NCBI GenBank assembly: GCA_964016885.1
Contig: OZ024743.1
Span: forward strand, 158,162,001-158,226,000
Direction: 5' to 3'
DNA length: 64,000 nt
Origin: Eledone cirrhosa
Taxonomy: Eukaryota
Part shown: piece after piece, positions 33,916 through 47,700 of the stretch
How positions within the stretch are numbered: the stretch's first letter is position 1
How the letters are laid out: every line of letters begins with the position of its first letter
The notes under the pieces: model-generated
Database searches by the model: none
What the model was told of the DNA's origin: nothing
Seen by the model: only the letters and a program-made list of their open reading frames with translations
Program-made: the position numbers and the translations under genes

Positions 33916-35349
33916 ACTCTTTATATATATATATATATCATCATCTTCATAATCATCATCATTTTTATTTAACTTTTCCATGCTTTTATGGGTTAGATGG
34001 AAGTTTTTGAGGCAGTGTTTTATGGCTGGATGTCTTTCCTGATGTCAATCCTTGTTGTGCCCTCTTACAACATGCTGGGATATGGTGTTCCTATTCTAAA
34101 ATTCAGGATACATACATACATAAATATTAATATCTACTTATACATAAATACTTATACCCACACACATATATCATGTACATCTACTGTCCATGCCAGCATG
34201 AATTGAATGAGCTATTATAGTTGAAGTCAGTCTTTATTCAGAGTTACTGTCCTAGACAAGTCAGAGAAACACATGTCACTCATATATTCCATTTTTTGGC
34301 AGGTTTCTATGGCTGGATGCCCTTCCAAATGCAAATATCTTTATACATATATGTGTATATATTCATTGTCATCATTATCATTATCATTTAACATCTGTTT
34401 TTTTTCTGCTAGCAAGGATTAGACAGGTCTTCACAGACCATATCAGTATTTAATAGGTGCTACTGGCCTCTCAGATGGGCCAAGAGCTGCATCTTGTTCT
34501 CACCCTTTACCGGCTGTACTGGATGCATTTTTCATAGCACCAACACTAGATAGGTTGTTGTAGCCATGACATGTATGAAGGGTTCTCAGTATGGTTTCTA
34601 TAGTTGCATGCCCTTTACAGACTCTACAGGGTGTGTTTTATCATGATACCAGCACAAGGAGGTGGTCATGTCTTTGAAACAACTGAAGAGTCATCTCAAC
34701 CTTTTGTTTGGCAGGTTTTCTACAGCTGGATATCCTTCATATCACCAACTACTTTACAGAGTTTATTAGGTTCAGTTTTCATAACACAGGCACTAAAGAG
34801 GTTGTCATGACATGACTGAAGTATCGTCTTAACCCTTTATTTGTTAAGTTTTCTATGGCTGGGTGCTCTTCCTTTCACTGATTTTAGGAAGTGTACTGGG
34901 TGCATTTTATTGTAACACCAACACTAGAGATTTAGTTGTGCCTTTGATACAACTGAAGAACCTTCTCTGCCCTTGGGCATGTCCAAAGTGAGCTGTTTTT
35001 TGCAGGGTAGATGATAGGTTGGAGAGAAGGTAAGGAGGATGATAAGCATATGCATGGGTAAGAGGCAATAGATGAGAGGGGGATAGGAAGGAGGAAGGAT
35101 AACATATGATGTCATAAGGGTATGTCAAGTGTGGTAGAGTTTAAGGAGGTGATGTGTGGTAGGATTTGGCAGGATGATATGTGATGGGTGCGTGGAAAAG
35201 TCTGATCCAAGATGGGAATGGTTACAGTGAAGTAGTGAAGATGAGATCAGTTGCTAAAACTATGACTGGTGTGTTAGGATTTAAAAGAGATAGAAGTGAT
35301 CCTGGATAGAGTGGGAAGAGAGCAATAATGGTGAAACTAGTTACTAGTT

Positions 35350-35780
35350 ATTATTTGATAAAGTATAAAGGGCAGTGGATTGGCAGTATTGGTAGAGTGT
35401 CGGACGCCATGCTTTCCAGCATAGTTACGTCCCTTTACGATCTGAGTTCAAATCCCGCCGAGGTTGACTTTGCCTTTCATCCTTACGGGGTCGATAAAAT
35501 AAAGTACCAGTAATGAACTGGGTAATTGCTGGCCTTGTGCCTAAAGTAGAAACAATTATTTGATAAAGTATAAAGGGTAGTGGATTGGCAGTATTGGTAG
35601 AGGGTCGGACGTCATGTTCTGACGCATAGAGTTACGGCCCTTTCCATTCTGAGTTCAAATCCCGCCGAGGTCAACTTTGCCTTTCATCCTTACGGTGTCG
35701 ATAAAAGAAAGTACCAGTAATGTACTGGGTAATTGCTAGCCTTGTGCCAAAAGTAGAAACAATTATTTGATAAAGTATAA
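35350..35780 (+). mobile_element. Two SINE family 1 copies in tandem sharing a triplicated TSD
   Basis: attatttgataaagtataa occurs at 35350, 35555 and 35762. Confidence 0.9.
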
Positions 35781-36020
35781 TTACCAGAAGAAGTAATAAA
35801 ACGCAGCTTATCACTTGTATAATTTAAATTTGGTGCTTTTCTCCTTTATAGGACTTATTGAGTATACTAACATTGTCCTGTGAAGAACAAATACGCTAGA
35901 TTCAAATTATAAAGAATGTTTTGTTAATATATTTTTATACAAGAGATAAACAGTATTATATTACTTTTTATGACAATTATACTTTACTAATATATTATTC
36001 TGTAGACCACTAAAGACATA

Positions 36021-36053
<33 letters not shown>

Positions 36054-36219
36054 ATGGCAGCAAAGAGAGACAAAAGAATGACATTTTTTAGCTTACATAA
36101 CAGAAAAACGATTTTCATAGTGATTATTTCAAAGTATAGGTTTAAATGTGGTCCCGAAATCTTGCCATGGCAATTTATATGCCTCTTCCCCCTATGCTTG
36201 ATTCTAAGCTACTTTCTTA

Positions 36220-36274
<55 letters not shown>

Positions 36275-36397
36275 CCCTCTCTCTCTGTGTCTCTGTCAAT
36301 AATAAACTGTTGACAGAAACCTTTGAGTAACGATTGATATTTTTTTTTTTGTAGTAGTTATGTGTATATATATATATGTATGTGTATATATATTGTG

Positions 36398-36592
36398 TCA
36401 GGTTGCTCTCTCTGGTAACATGTAACCCAGTACCACCTGTTTCATGGTCAGGCCATTGGCATCTAAATCGGCAACTCCACCAAGCTTGCTTAGCAAGGAG
36501 GGTAATATTTGGACACCCTGGGGGATGAAATACAAGACCTGGCAAAGAGCGGAGGAACTCAGCAGAGTCAACAGCCATCCAAATAATGTGTA
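36398..36592 (+). repeat. Module of about 195 bp upstream of a LINE 5' end
   Basis: Homologous to 41628-41827. Confidence 0.7.
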
Positions 36593-36699
36593 CGTTTGTG
36601 TGCACATGTGTCTTCTATCTATATATATCTTTATATATACATACTTAATTTTTCACTTTTTATTCTTTTTATCTTTTTATCCTTTTTTTCCTTTGGAAT

Positions 36700-39000
36700 G
36701 TATTGCCCGTGAGGGTGAAACAACCATTGAGGCTCAAACTAAGGAAGAGTAGGGACCCTACAGAAGGTACTTGGTGTATGGCCCATCTCTGTGTGAATAT
36801 GCCCTGGCTTTATATGAATCCCTACCCCAGCTTATGGGCAAATAGTACCTGCAACAAGCTGCTCCTGCGGCTGTCTCTGGCCTGCTGTGCCACCAGTTTC
36901 CAGGGGATCTTGCCAAGGGATGCTGTGGTTCACTGGGCAGCTTCGTCATCTTTTAGCACAGCCGAGTTTTTATGAGATGAGTAACACTGTATGTTCTCCT
37001 TGTGCTACTGCATATAATGCACATATGGCAGTGGTGGAAAGTGAGCAAAGTTCATATAATACTACTGCTTTCGGGGTAACTGATGAAAATTTAACTTCGG
37101 TAAATAACAGAGCTTCCAAGAGAAAGAGGGAATTGCTTAACCTAACAGCCTGGAATGCTCGGACCACTAACAATGATGCAAATTCCGTCAGGCCTGAAAA
37201 GACTACAGCTATTATCTGCAATGAAATAGAAAAGGTAGGTATTGATATTTGCGCCTTGAGTGAGGTACAGCATCCAGGATCCAGTAACATCAAAAAGAGG
37301 AGCCATACTATCTTTTGGAGCGGAAATGATGACAAAACATCTGGGGTTGGATTTGCTATTTCTAATAAATTTGGACACATCAATCCAGTTCCTATTTCTG
37401 GCAGACTCATGACTGCTCACAATCAACTGAAGAACAATTCCTATCTCACATTTATCAGTGTCTATGGACCCACAATGCAATGGTCAGTGGTTGAGAAGGA
37501 ATGTTTCTATGAACAACTTAGTGAAATCATTGTCAAAGCAAGATGGGGATGTCATTATTGTTCTTGGTGACTTCAACGCTCGTGTTGGAAAAGATTGGAA
37601 GTCATGGCAACAGTAGTTGGCAAACATGGAGTAGGAAATGTGAACTCTAATGGCTTAATGTTGTTAGAATTTTGCACCCGCTTTCAACTCTTAATTATGG
37701 GCACAATGTACCAGCTAAGGAATTGTCTCAAGAACACTTGGCAGCATCCATGCTCTAAACACTGGCATCAGCTAGACCATGGCCTTGCTGATCCAGTATG
37801 CAGGAAATTCATCAATATCACCAGAATTGACCCTTGTGCTGATTGTTTCACCAACCATAAACTCCTGATCTGCAAGAGCAGCTTTGAGTTAAAGAAAACA
37901 TAGAAGGGACTAAATCCTCCTTGCAAGCCCTAACACCTACCTGAATACTGAAAAAAAAAGACAAACTTGAAAGGTTCCTCAACAAACAAATCCCAGATTG
38001 TGAGGTGTCTTGGGATAACTTGAAATAAGTCCTTCAAATTGCTGCCAAACAATTCTTTCATAAGAAAAAAAGGAGAGTAAAGATTGGTTTAAAGATCTGG
38101 AGTAAGAAATTCAGAGGCTTCCGAAAGCTAAGAGACAGCTCTGTCTCTTAGCTCAGTCCTTATATATAAGGACTAAGAGATGAAATTAGAAAACTCAAGA
38201 ACAACTGGTTTCAACAAAAAGCCAATGACATTGAAAGATTTGCTCAGAAGAATCAGAGAGAGAGCTATGCAATTCTCAATGCAGTATATAGTTCCGCTTT
38301 CAAAAATCTACATCCTGTATGGTCGAAGAACTGTGACCTTTCAACGTCTGAAGATATTAAAGACCGATGGGTTGAGCACTTTAGTGAACTCCTCAACCAA
38401 CTAACTGATGCTAATTGGGAAATCCTTAATGAAATGGAGCAACAACCAATCATTGAAGGATTTGTCAACCCTATTACCATGAAAGAACTTGAGACAGCAC
38501 TCAAAAACACTAAACTCAGGAAGTGTCCAGACCAGGTCCTGATGGAATAGTCCCAGAGTTCATGGTGGCCATGCCTTGAGAACAGCTCTGTTTTCTATTT
38601 TTAATCGGTTCTGGATCTCAGAAAGCTTACCATCTGATCTTATTGATACTAACATTTCTATTCTTTTTAAGAAAGGTGATTGTAGTCTTTGTGAAAACTA
38701 CCATGGCATATCATTGCTTAATGTAGTTGGAAAACGTTTGCTGACATTATACTCTAGAGACTACAATGAATTAAAAATTCTACCCTGAGTCCCAATCTGG
38801 ATATAGGAGAATAGAAGCACCATAGATGGCATCTTCACCTTGCATCAAATTGTGGAGAAATGCAGAGAACAGCAGTGTAATTTACATTGCCTTTATAGAT
38901 TTCACCAAGGCTTTTGACTGTGTCAATCAAGAGCTACCCTTCGAAATCCCGAGAAAGCTTAGCTGTCCAGCAAAATTGATAGAAGCTATGGAAAAGGAAA
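36700..39000 (+). mobile_element. Decayed RTE/BovB-like LINE (5' UTR, APE endonuclease, RT start)
   Basis: Contains TAWNART, DICALSEV, GVGFAI, GDFNARVG, HQLDH, FKKGD and FIDFTKAFDCV. Confidence 0.88.
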
Positions 39001-39550
39001 ACCTAGGAAGGCTTGAGATGAGTTGACAAAAGTTGACTCCACACAATCACATTGACTCTGAATTGAAATCTCTGGCATTATGCAATATTGCAGAAATTCC
39101 TCCTGAAGCAAACATCTAGTGCACTACTTCTTCCATTTCCCAGTCAACACAGTAAAGTGGTCATCCTGGTGTCACAACAAAAAGCACACAGTCTATACTG
39201 TAAAGTGGTTGTGTTGGTGACATGACAAAAAGCACCTAGTCCACACTGTAAAGTTCTGTTGGTAACATGACAAAAGGGGCCAGTGCACACTGCAAAGTGG
39301 TCATGTCGGTGACATGACAAAAAGTGCGCAGTCCACATGGTTAAAGTGGTCGTTTTGGTGCCACGATAAAAACCTCCCAGTCCATACTTTAGATATGGTT
39401 GGAGTTAGAAATCAAGCCAGAAGCAGTTCTGTATGAACAAGACATGGTCATCTGATCTGACTTGTCTCACAATGAGACAACTCATCTAACTCATGCTAGC
39501 ATGGAAAAAATGGACGTTAAGCAGTGATGATGATGACGATGATAATAATG
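39000..39550 (+). mobile_element. RTE 3' UTR with an expanded array of about 45-bp units
   Basis: The unit cagtccacactgtaaagtggt..ggtgacatgacaaaaag repeats about 6 times, followed by a (GAT)n tail. Confidence 0.8.
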
Positions 39551-39565
39551 ATATATATATATTTG

Positions 39566-39905
39566 GAGGCACATGGCTTAGTGGTTAGAGCATTGGCCTT
39601 GCAATCGAAAGGTTGTGAGTTCAATTCTTAGACCGGGTGATGTGTTGATTCCTTGAGCAAGACACTTTATTTCACATTGCTCCAGTTTACTCAGCTGTAG
39701 AAATGAGATGATAGGGACTGGGTCCATATCATTCCACTGCAAAGTGGTCGTGGAGGTGCCACGGCAAAAAAGCACCCAGCACTCACTGTAAATGAGGTTG
39801 GTGTTAGGAAGGGCATCCAGCTTTAGAAATCAAGCCAGAATCAGTTCCCGTCCCACCCTTGCAAGCAGGGAAAAGCGGACGTAAAATGATGATGATGATG
39901 ATGAT
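39566..39905 (+). mobile_element. SINE family 2, full length
   Basis: tRNA head (tggcttagtgg..gagttcaattc), central ccttgagcaagacactt domain, RTE-like tail and (GAT)n. Confidence 0.88.
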
Positions 39906-39919
39906 ATATCATCATCATA

Positions 39920-40850
39920 TAGTGTGTAAGAAAGGATTAGGTAGAAATTCCATTCTTTGCCCCAAATGCAAATTATGGGTACTTAAAAGATGTAGTGGGA
40001 TACCAGGTAAGCTATCTAAAAATGTAGATTCTATATGTGGCCAATGCTCAGGTGCAGTAAGTAGCAAGGATCCACTGGATACTATCTCCTTCAACTGCCT
40101 TGATGGTTCTATAGAAATAGTAGACACTTTCTGTTACCTGGGTGACAAAATCAGCAGTGGAGGAAGGTGCTCTGAAAGTGTAGTAGCAAGAGTTAGAACG
40201 GGATGGGAAAAGTTCAGAGAGCTAATACTGCTATTGGCCACAAGGGGTTTTTCTCTAAAAGTGAAAGACAGATTGTATGATGCTTGAATACAAACAGCGA
40301 TATTACATGGTAGGGAGACCTGAGCGTTGTGTGTTGAAGACTTGCATAGATTAGAAAGAAATGAAGCTTGCACCCTCCGATGGATGTGCAATAGTAATGT
40401 GTGCGAACAATTGAGAGAATGACTAAGCATAAGAAGTATTAAATGTTGTGTTCTGGGGAGGAGATTGCGTTGGTATGGCCATGTGTTGCATATGAAGGAT
40501 GAGAGTTGTATAAAAAGGTGCAGAGCAATGAAAATTGATGGAAGCTACGGAGTGGATAGACCAAGAAAAACCTGGGACGAGGTGATAAAAACTGACCTTG
40601 CTCACTTACACCTCTCTAAGACAATGTCACTGGATTGAGATCTTTAACGCCATGCAGCTGTACATAGACCCGCCTTTCCTTCTATACAAACCTACAGTCA
40701 GTAGCACCTCTTAACCCAATATACACCCCACCCCATCCTCCCATTTCTGTCTACTGTGTCGATGACACAACAAAAAGCACCCAGTCCACACTGTAAGGTG
40801 ATTGTGTAGGAGACACAGTAAAAAGGCTCCCAGTCCACACTGTAAAGGTG
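39920..40850 (+). mobile_element. RTE (PHD family) 3' fragment
   Basis: Contains VCKKGLGRNSILCPKCKLWVLKRC and RLRWYGHV. Confidence 0.9.
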
Positions 40851-40879
40851 GTCTCCTCGGTCTCAGCACCACAGACTCC

Positions 40880-40929
<50 letters not shown>

Positions 40930-41306
40930 CATCATCACCATCATCAACATTTAATGTCAATTCTCCCTGCTAACAAGAGTTGAATGGGTCTTCAGTAATC
41001 AAGCAGGGCAGCTGATCTCTCAGAGTGGCTAGGAGCCCACATTGCACTTACATATGGGTTGGCTGCATGCTCTACCAAGTGCATTTTATCAGCACTAGGC
41101 AGCAGCACTGGAGAGCTTATTATGTGTTTGACACAACTGCAGCATCCTCCCAGCCCTTTGTTTGTCAAGCTTTCTGTGACTGGATGCCCTTCCTATCACC
41201 AACCATTTTTACAGTGTGTACTGGGTGCATTTATTGTTTAGATCACTAACACTAGTGAGGCTGTCAGTTATTGTTCCAACTAAAGAACCTTCTCTGTTCT
41301 GCAGGT

Positions 41307-41378
<72 letters not shown>

Positions 41379-41627
41379 CGTGCGTGCGTGTGTGTGTGTA
41401 CACAGACACAGAGAGAGAGATAGCAAGAGAAAATAAGAGCTTTAGAAAAAAAGAATATTTATTGACCTTGAAGAGATGAAAAGCAAAGTCGACCATGACA
41501 GGATTTGAGCACAGAGTGCAGAGAGTTGGACCAAATACTGCAATGCATTTTATTCTATGTTTTAATCACTCTCCCAATTCCTCACATTACATACATACAT
41601 TCACACATATCTATGTATGTATATAGG

Positions 41628-41827
41628 TCAGATTACTCTTGAGTGCTACTGGGAACATGTAACCCAGTGCAACCTGTCATATAGTTAAGTCTTTGACAAC
41701 TAAACCGGCAACCCCAACAAACTTGCTTCGTGAGAAAGGTGATTTTGGACACCCTGCAGGACAAAAAACAAAACCTGACAAAAGGCAGATGAATTCATAA
41801 GAGTCAACGGCCATCCAGTAGTGTGTA
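41628..41827 (+). repeat. Module of about 200 bp upstream of a LINE 5' end (copy 2)
   Basis: Homologous to 36398-36592. Confidence 0.7.
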
Positions 41828-42099
41828 AATATGTATATATTGTGGGGGTGGATTGATTGTGTGCTTGTCTATGTGTGCATTTATATATATTTGATAAAAA
41901 AAATTTTTTTATCTTTTAAAAAAATTTTTAAAACTTTTAAAATATCTTTTAAACCCTTTAAAAGAAATTTTAAAACTTTTAAACAATTCTTTTTATAAAT
42001 ATTTTTTTTGAAACCCTTTTAACATTTTAACTTTCAAATGGAGTAGAGTTCCTGGTCTATGTTTATGAAAAAGTCAGCAAATTATTACAACTTATATAC

Positions 42100-44520
42100 A
42101 GGTGTGGTGGTCTGCATATGGGTCAAAAGAAAATCCACTGGGAGTGAAGGACCCCAAGCTGTTGTTACAGTATCTTTCTAAAGTAGGGAAACTTTAAAAG
42201 AAAACCTGTGGCTGATGTGATTCCTGGTCATCTGGCTTAGGCTTATCACCAGGCAATGATCACTGAAACTGAGAGAGTGGTGCTCGTGTAGTTCAAGTGT
42301 TTGCCACGATAATCCAATGATCTACAGATGTCTCTTTTGTGATCTTCCCATCTGTCATTTTATCAGCTGAAATTCCTATGGTGATGCAGGGGTGATGATA
42401 TATACAGACCTGACCGGTTGGAAGCACACAGTTACAAATCTGCGCAGGGCTCTTATCATAACATCGTTCTTGTGTCTTCATGTGACAGGGGCTAACTCTG
42501 GTGGAGACTCCTGATCTGAGCAGCCTTATTAGAGAGAGCACTACTCACCCACATCCTTGTATAGTTTAATGTGGCTATCAAGCAAGAAAAGAAAAAGTAA
42601 ATGACATAGTAAAACATTTATGAAAAATCGAGTGAAACTCAATATTTGCTGCTGGAATGTTAGAGCCCTTTTCATCCCAAACCCATCAAACTGACCAGAA
42701 AGAAGAACCACACTGGTAACAAAAGAACTCCAAAGATTAAATATAGATATTGCAGCCTTGTCAGAAATATGCCTTTCAGGGTGTGATCAGCTGACTGAAG
42801 CATCATCAGGTTTCACACTTTTCTGGATAGGGAAACCAAAAGGAGAACAGCAAGATGGTGGTGTAGATTTTGCAGTGTAAGATACTCTAACACAACATTT
42901 AGAGTGTCCCTCTATAACCAGTGACCCTAAAATGAAGTTGTGCATTCCACTTGCATGTGAGCAATGTGCAACAATTTTGTCAGCTTATGCTCCAATGCTT
43001 CAGGCCAGTGAAAAAAGTATTATGACATTTTATAAGTCCCTTCATATTGCAATTACATCTATTCTGGTTGAAGAAAAAGTGATAATTCTTGATAATTTCA
43101 GTTCCCGGGTTTGCAGAGACCATGAGACATGGGATTCACTTGGCTATTACAGCATCGATAAGATGTTCAGAACTCAACCTAGCCATTTGCAATACATTCT
43201 TCCCCCAAGGTCAAAAGATGGCCACATGATAGATTTCATAGTAACCCAGAGATGCAACTTGAATGATGCCTGTAACATGTGTGTCATGCACAGTACAGAA
43301 TGCAACACAGACCATAAGATGGTTCAAGGAAAGTTTAAATTACATGTTCAGAAAAAGACTCATATGTGTGTGATGAAAACCCTGAAGTGTATTGATTTTG
43401 GAAAGCTAAAACAGCAAGAGGTATGTGAGGCTTTGAATAAATGTTTGGATAATATTGACTTTGATGGAACATGGATAAACTTCAGGGATCAATTGTATGC
43501 AGTAGGAGCAGAAGAACTTGGATTCAGGGCGAAAAAAAAAAAACATAAAGACCGATTTGAGGATAATAATCAGGTTATCAGCCAAATATTAAAGAAAAAA
43601 CATGCTCTTCATGAAAAGTTTTTGGAAGTATGCCCCACAAGTCTAAAAGCTATAAGACATACAAAGAATATAAAGCTACATTACAATGTGAGCTGAGAAG
43701 GCTTAAAAATAAATGGTGGTTGAAGATCACTGAAGATATTCAAAGTGCTTATAACACAAAGAATTCAAAACTTTTGCATGAAATGGTCCAACAACTTTGT
43801 CTATTGTTCCCAAAAGGTCCACTGCCACCATCAGTGAAAATTCTTAATCGTTGGTAAGAACATTTCACTGATTTATTTGATAACCCATCATTAATTAATC
43901 CTGATGTGCTAGATGGCATCCCCCAATGTGTTTTAAATTTTAGAATGGATCGATTACTAGATTATAATGAGGTTAAAATAGCCATCAACCAGTTAAACAC
44001 AGTTAAGGCACCTCGATCAGATGGACTTCTCCGTGGAAGTTTTAAAGGTTGGTAATAAGAACGTAACATAAATAATTGTTTCTACTTTAGGCACAAGGCC
44101 AGCAATTACCCAGTGCATTACTGGTACTTTATTTTATCGACCCCGTAAGGATGAAAGGCAAAGTCAACCTCGGCGGGATTTGAACTCAGATCGTAAAGGG
44201 ACGTAACTATGCTGGAAAGCATGGCGTCCGACACTCTACCAATACTGCCAATCCACTGCCAATCCACTCCCTCTCATCAGTCTCAACATCAAACATGCTG
44301 TCTGTTCCTACAAAAACACCTGCAGAGCCCCCCCCCCCTCAATGACAAAAGGCACAGGAAGAAGACCCACAACACCAAGCCATCAAACTCTGACCAGACC
44401 TTCATCTGCAGCCAGTGCGGCCATGTCTGCCTATCCTGCATTGACCTGAACAGCTACAAGCATGCCTGCAGTCAGTGTGGACCAACCCTTCATAATCTTT
44501 GTTCACGAATCAAAGCAATG
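42100..44520 (+). mobile_element. Decayed RTE/BovB-like LINE, internally deleted, with a SINE at 44073-44260
   Basis: Contains CCWNVR, IDIAALSE, SAYAP, HMIDFIVT and TDHKMV, plus a C-terminal FICSQCGHVCLS..HAC finger. Confidence 0.85.
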
Positions 44521-45379
44521 ATGTATGTATGTGTGCATGCATGCATGTATATATGTATGTGTGCATGCATGCATGCATGTATATATGTATGTATCATCAT
44601 CGTCACATCTGCTTTTGCATGCTTGCATGTATTGGTCATGTACGAGTATATGTGTGTGTGTAGAGGCATGTATGTATTTATATGGAGCATTAACCTAATA
44701 TTTTATTGATAACTATTTATCAAATTGCTAAGTTACACTTTGACATAAAGAAATGCAATTTGACACTACTAAACTTAAACATGAAAACAAACACATAAAC
44801 AATAAAACATTACTACATGATATGGCTGAATGACTGCATTCATGGACTCATAACTCCTGAGGGAGTCATTGGGATGCCATATTGACATAGAGCGTTTCTA
44901 TGGCATTTTTAAACCTGGCAGAGCCAATCTCCTCTCAGGACCTGAATACAGCAGATTTTTTCCTGAGGAGGATAGAGAAAGTGGGAGAATGGAAGTGAGA
45001 AAAAAATATAGAGGAAGAATAGACTCCAGCACTAGACTGGTACACTTTTTTATTGACCTCAAATGGATGAATGACAGATTTGACCTGAATGGCTGGATGA
45101 CTACTAGTTCCAAAATCAAGAGTTAAATCTATCACAAATATTTCATGAGCTTCTTCAGCTATTACTACAATGTTTTGTTTGTCTTGATTTTTTGACTGAC
45201 TGCACACACATACAATCACCAATTACCATTTAAGGCCATCGTGAGTTATTTTTCCCAAATCTTTCCTTTCTCACTCTCTCTGAAATTCCTTCTCAGTCTA
45301 CATTCTCCTCTCAACCACAGACTTTCAAAAGTTGAAACTGCATATTAACCATATGAATTCCACTCAACTGCATAAGATG

Positions 45380-46105
45380 GGTCAGATGCAGTGTGCAGGA
45401 GAGAAGATTGCAAAGGTATGGACATGTGATGCATATGGAGGATGACAGCTGTATACAAATATTCAGGGCACTCAAAATAAACAGAAACTATGGAAGAGGA
45501 AGACCTTGGAAAGCTTGGGATGAAGGAATAAAAGCTGACCTTTCCTAATTAAACTTCACAAAGGAGATAACACAGGATCGAGATCTGTAGTGTCATGCTG
45601 TACTGCAGAAGACCTACTTTCCCATGTGCACAAGAAGAAACAAACATAAAGAAGACACAAGTCTGTACAATCTCCTGTTCTTTCTCCTTCTCGGTCATAG
45701 TACACCATCCTCCATCTCCTACCCCCTCACCAGCTAAATAACCTATGCACCTCATTTATGTTGTACTTGCTTACTTGTTCCTCTCAATATTCCCTCTTCA
45801 CCCCTGATACACCTCTCCTACCAAACCACTCATACAAAACAACACCCAGTCCACCTTGTATCCAAGTCCATCCTGTTGATTACATGAAAAAAGCACCTAG
45901 TCCACTCGGTTAAATGGTCATTTTAGTACCATGCATCCCACTTTGTAAAATGGTTGGCATTAGGAAGGGCATCCACATGTAGAAATCAAGCCTAAATACA
46001 GTTTTGTGTAAGCAAGATGTGGTCACCTGCTCTAACTTGTCTCATAACGTGACAACCCATCTAACCCATGCAAGCATGGTAAAATAGTCATTAAATAGTG
46101 ATGAT
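45380..46105 (+). mobile_element. RTE 3' fragment
   Basis: Contains RYGHVMHM..GRGRPWKAW and the family 3' UTR. Confidence 0.8.
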
Positions 46106-46645
46106 GATGTTGCTATCAGCTTGGATAACAAGATCTAAAAACACAATAGACACTGCTCTACCATCAACACTTCAGGCTAACTGATAACTGAGCCAACAAG
46201 TAAACCTCTACGTAGTCACTCAACCTGCTAAATATCACAATCTACTAGTATTGAATAAAAATACATTGAAAAATGTAGTCCCGGTTCCCCTGCATATAGG
46301 AAAAAGAAAGCATGGCCACTACGGTGATGCCTTTAATCATAGGTAAGTTTAATTAGAGCTGACCTGGGACTAAACTACACCTGGAATATCTTTGATTGGG
46401 GCTGATCATCAATTGGATGGTGAACAAAATGAGCATCTGCGCAGGGACTATTCCATTGAGTTGGATGTTGAGGGAGATTTGGCTTCTATTCCTAACAGGT
46501 CAAGCAATCAAGTAAATACACATACATTGGCTCATAAACTTCACTAGTATCACTAACTGCTAATGAGAAATCCATCAACATCTGAACATCCCATTTCCTT
46601 CTCCCTCTTCATATCCAAACGATTGCATGGCCATGCTAAAAATCA

Positions 46646-46996
46646 TTATTAAATCTATAGCCGAGGTTAACTTTGCCTTTCATCCTTATGGGGTCGATAA
46701 AATAAAGTACCAGTAATGCACTGGGTAATTGCTGGCCGTGTGCCAAAAGTAGAAACAATTATTAAATCTATAGCAATTAATCTAGCAAGGAATGTTTATA
46801 TTTAATGAGATTATTATTAATTGTCCATACTTGGTGTAATTATTGCTTTAGCAATCATTGCTATGGATACATACTTATAAAAACTGTTTATATAAACATT
46901 ATTATAGTTATAGTCGATAAAATAAAGTACCAGTAATACACTGGGTAATTGCTGGCCTTGTGCCAAAAGTAGAAACAATTATTATAGTTATAGTTG
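46646..46996 (+). mobile_element. Two truncated SINE family 1 copies, each with a TSD
   Basis: TSDs attattaaatctatagc and ttattatagttatagt. Confidence 0.8.
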
Positions 46997-47424
46997 ATAC
47001 TGTTGTTAGCGTTACGATATTGTTTGATGTTTTTGTAATAATTGTTGTTGTTGCTCCAATAATTGTAATTGCTGTTTTTGTTGTCTCTGTCCTTGTTAAT
47101 GGCAATGGTAACAATAATGATGATGATAAAACAAAGGGAGTCATGCTGATGATGATACTGCTAATGATGCTGGTGTTATTGTTTGGAATCATTTCTATAT
47201 CTTATTTATTCCCATGCTGGCATTAATTGAATGGTTCTATGAATTCCTACATAAACTGTTGCTTCTGTTGCAGTTGTTTTACTAGTGAACCATAGCATTT
47301 TCTTTAGCACTACTACTCACTTAACTGTGGCAAGAATCTAGTGACTGAATGTTTAGAGATAGACTTAAACTTTTCAACCAGAGGTTACAAGCTTAAACAA
47401 CACAAATAATGATGTACTGGGACT

Positions 47425-47700
47425 TTAATCTTTTTTTGTTACCTGAGGTCTCAACGGTAACCAGTGCAAAAAGGAAGTGGCCAGACAAGCTCTGGTATTT
47501 GCTTGTCTTCCTGCCCTCTGCATTGCAAGCTGCAGTACTTTGGGGGTGGAGAACATGTAAGAGCATGTCACATCCCAGATGAGGGATTTACCTTCTTCAA
47601 AAGAGAAGAGCGTAATTCTGTCGGGGAGGGTGGCCATGTAAATTTTAATATTTTTAATGTAAGGGAGATTTGGCTGTATTACAGCCTGTTGTATCATGTT
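47425..47700 (-). pseudogene. Restriction-like endonuclease domain relic (CRE-like non-LTR element)
   Basis: Contains PDRITL..GKSLIWDVTC. Confidence 0.6.

Noticed and set aside
39140-39400. Regular repeats resembling a CRISPR array
   Set aside because: The units are contiguous and degenerate with no unique spacers. They are part of a LINE 3' UTR in eukaryotic DNA.
39566-39645. tRNA-like sequence
   Set aside because: It is a SINE head. The acceptor stem is incomplete and it continues into the SINE body.
45125-45165. Minus-strand CTGAAGA..GAAA
   Set aside because: Stem II and stem I cannot form.
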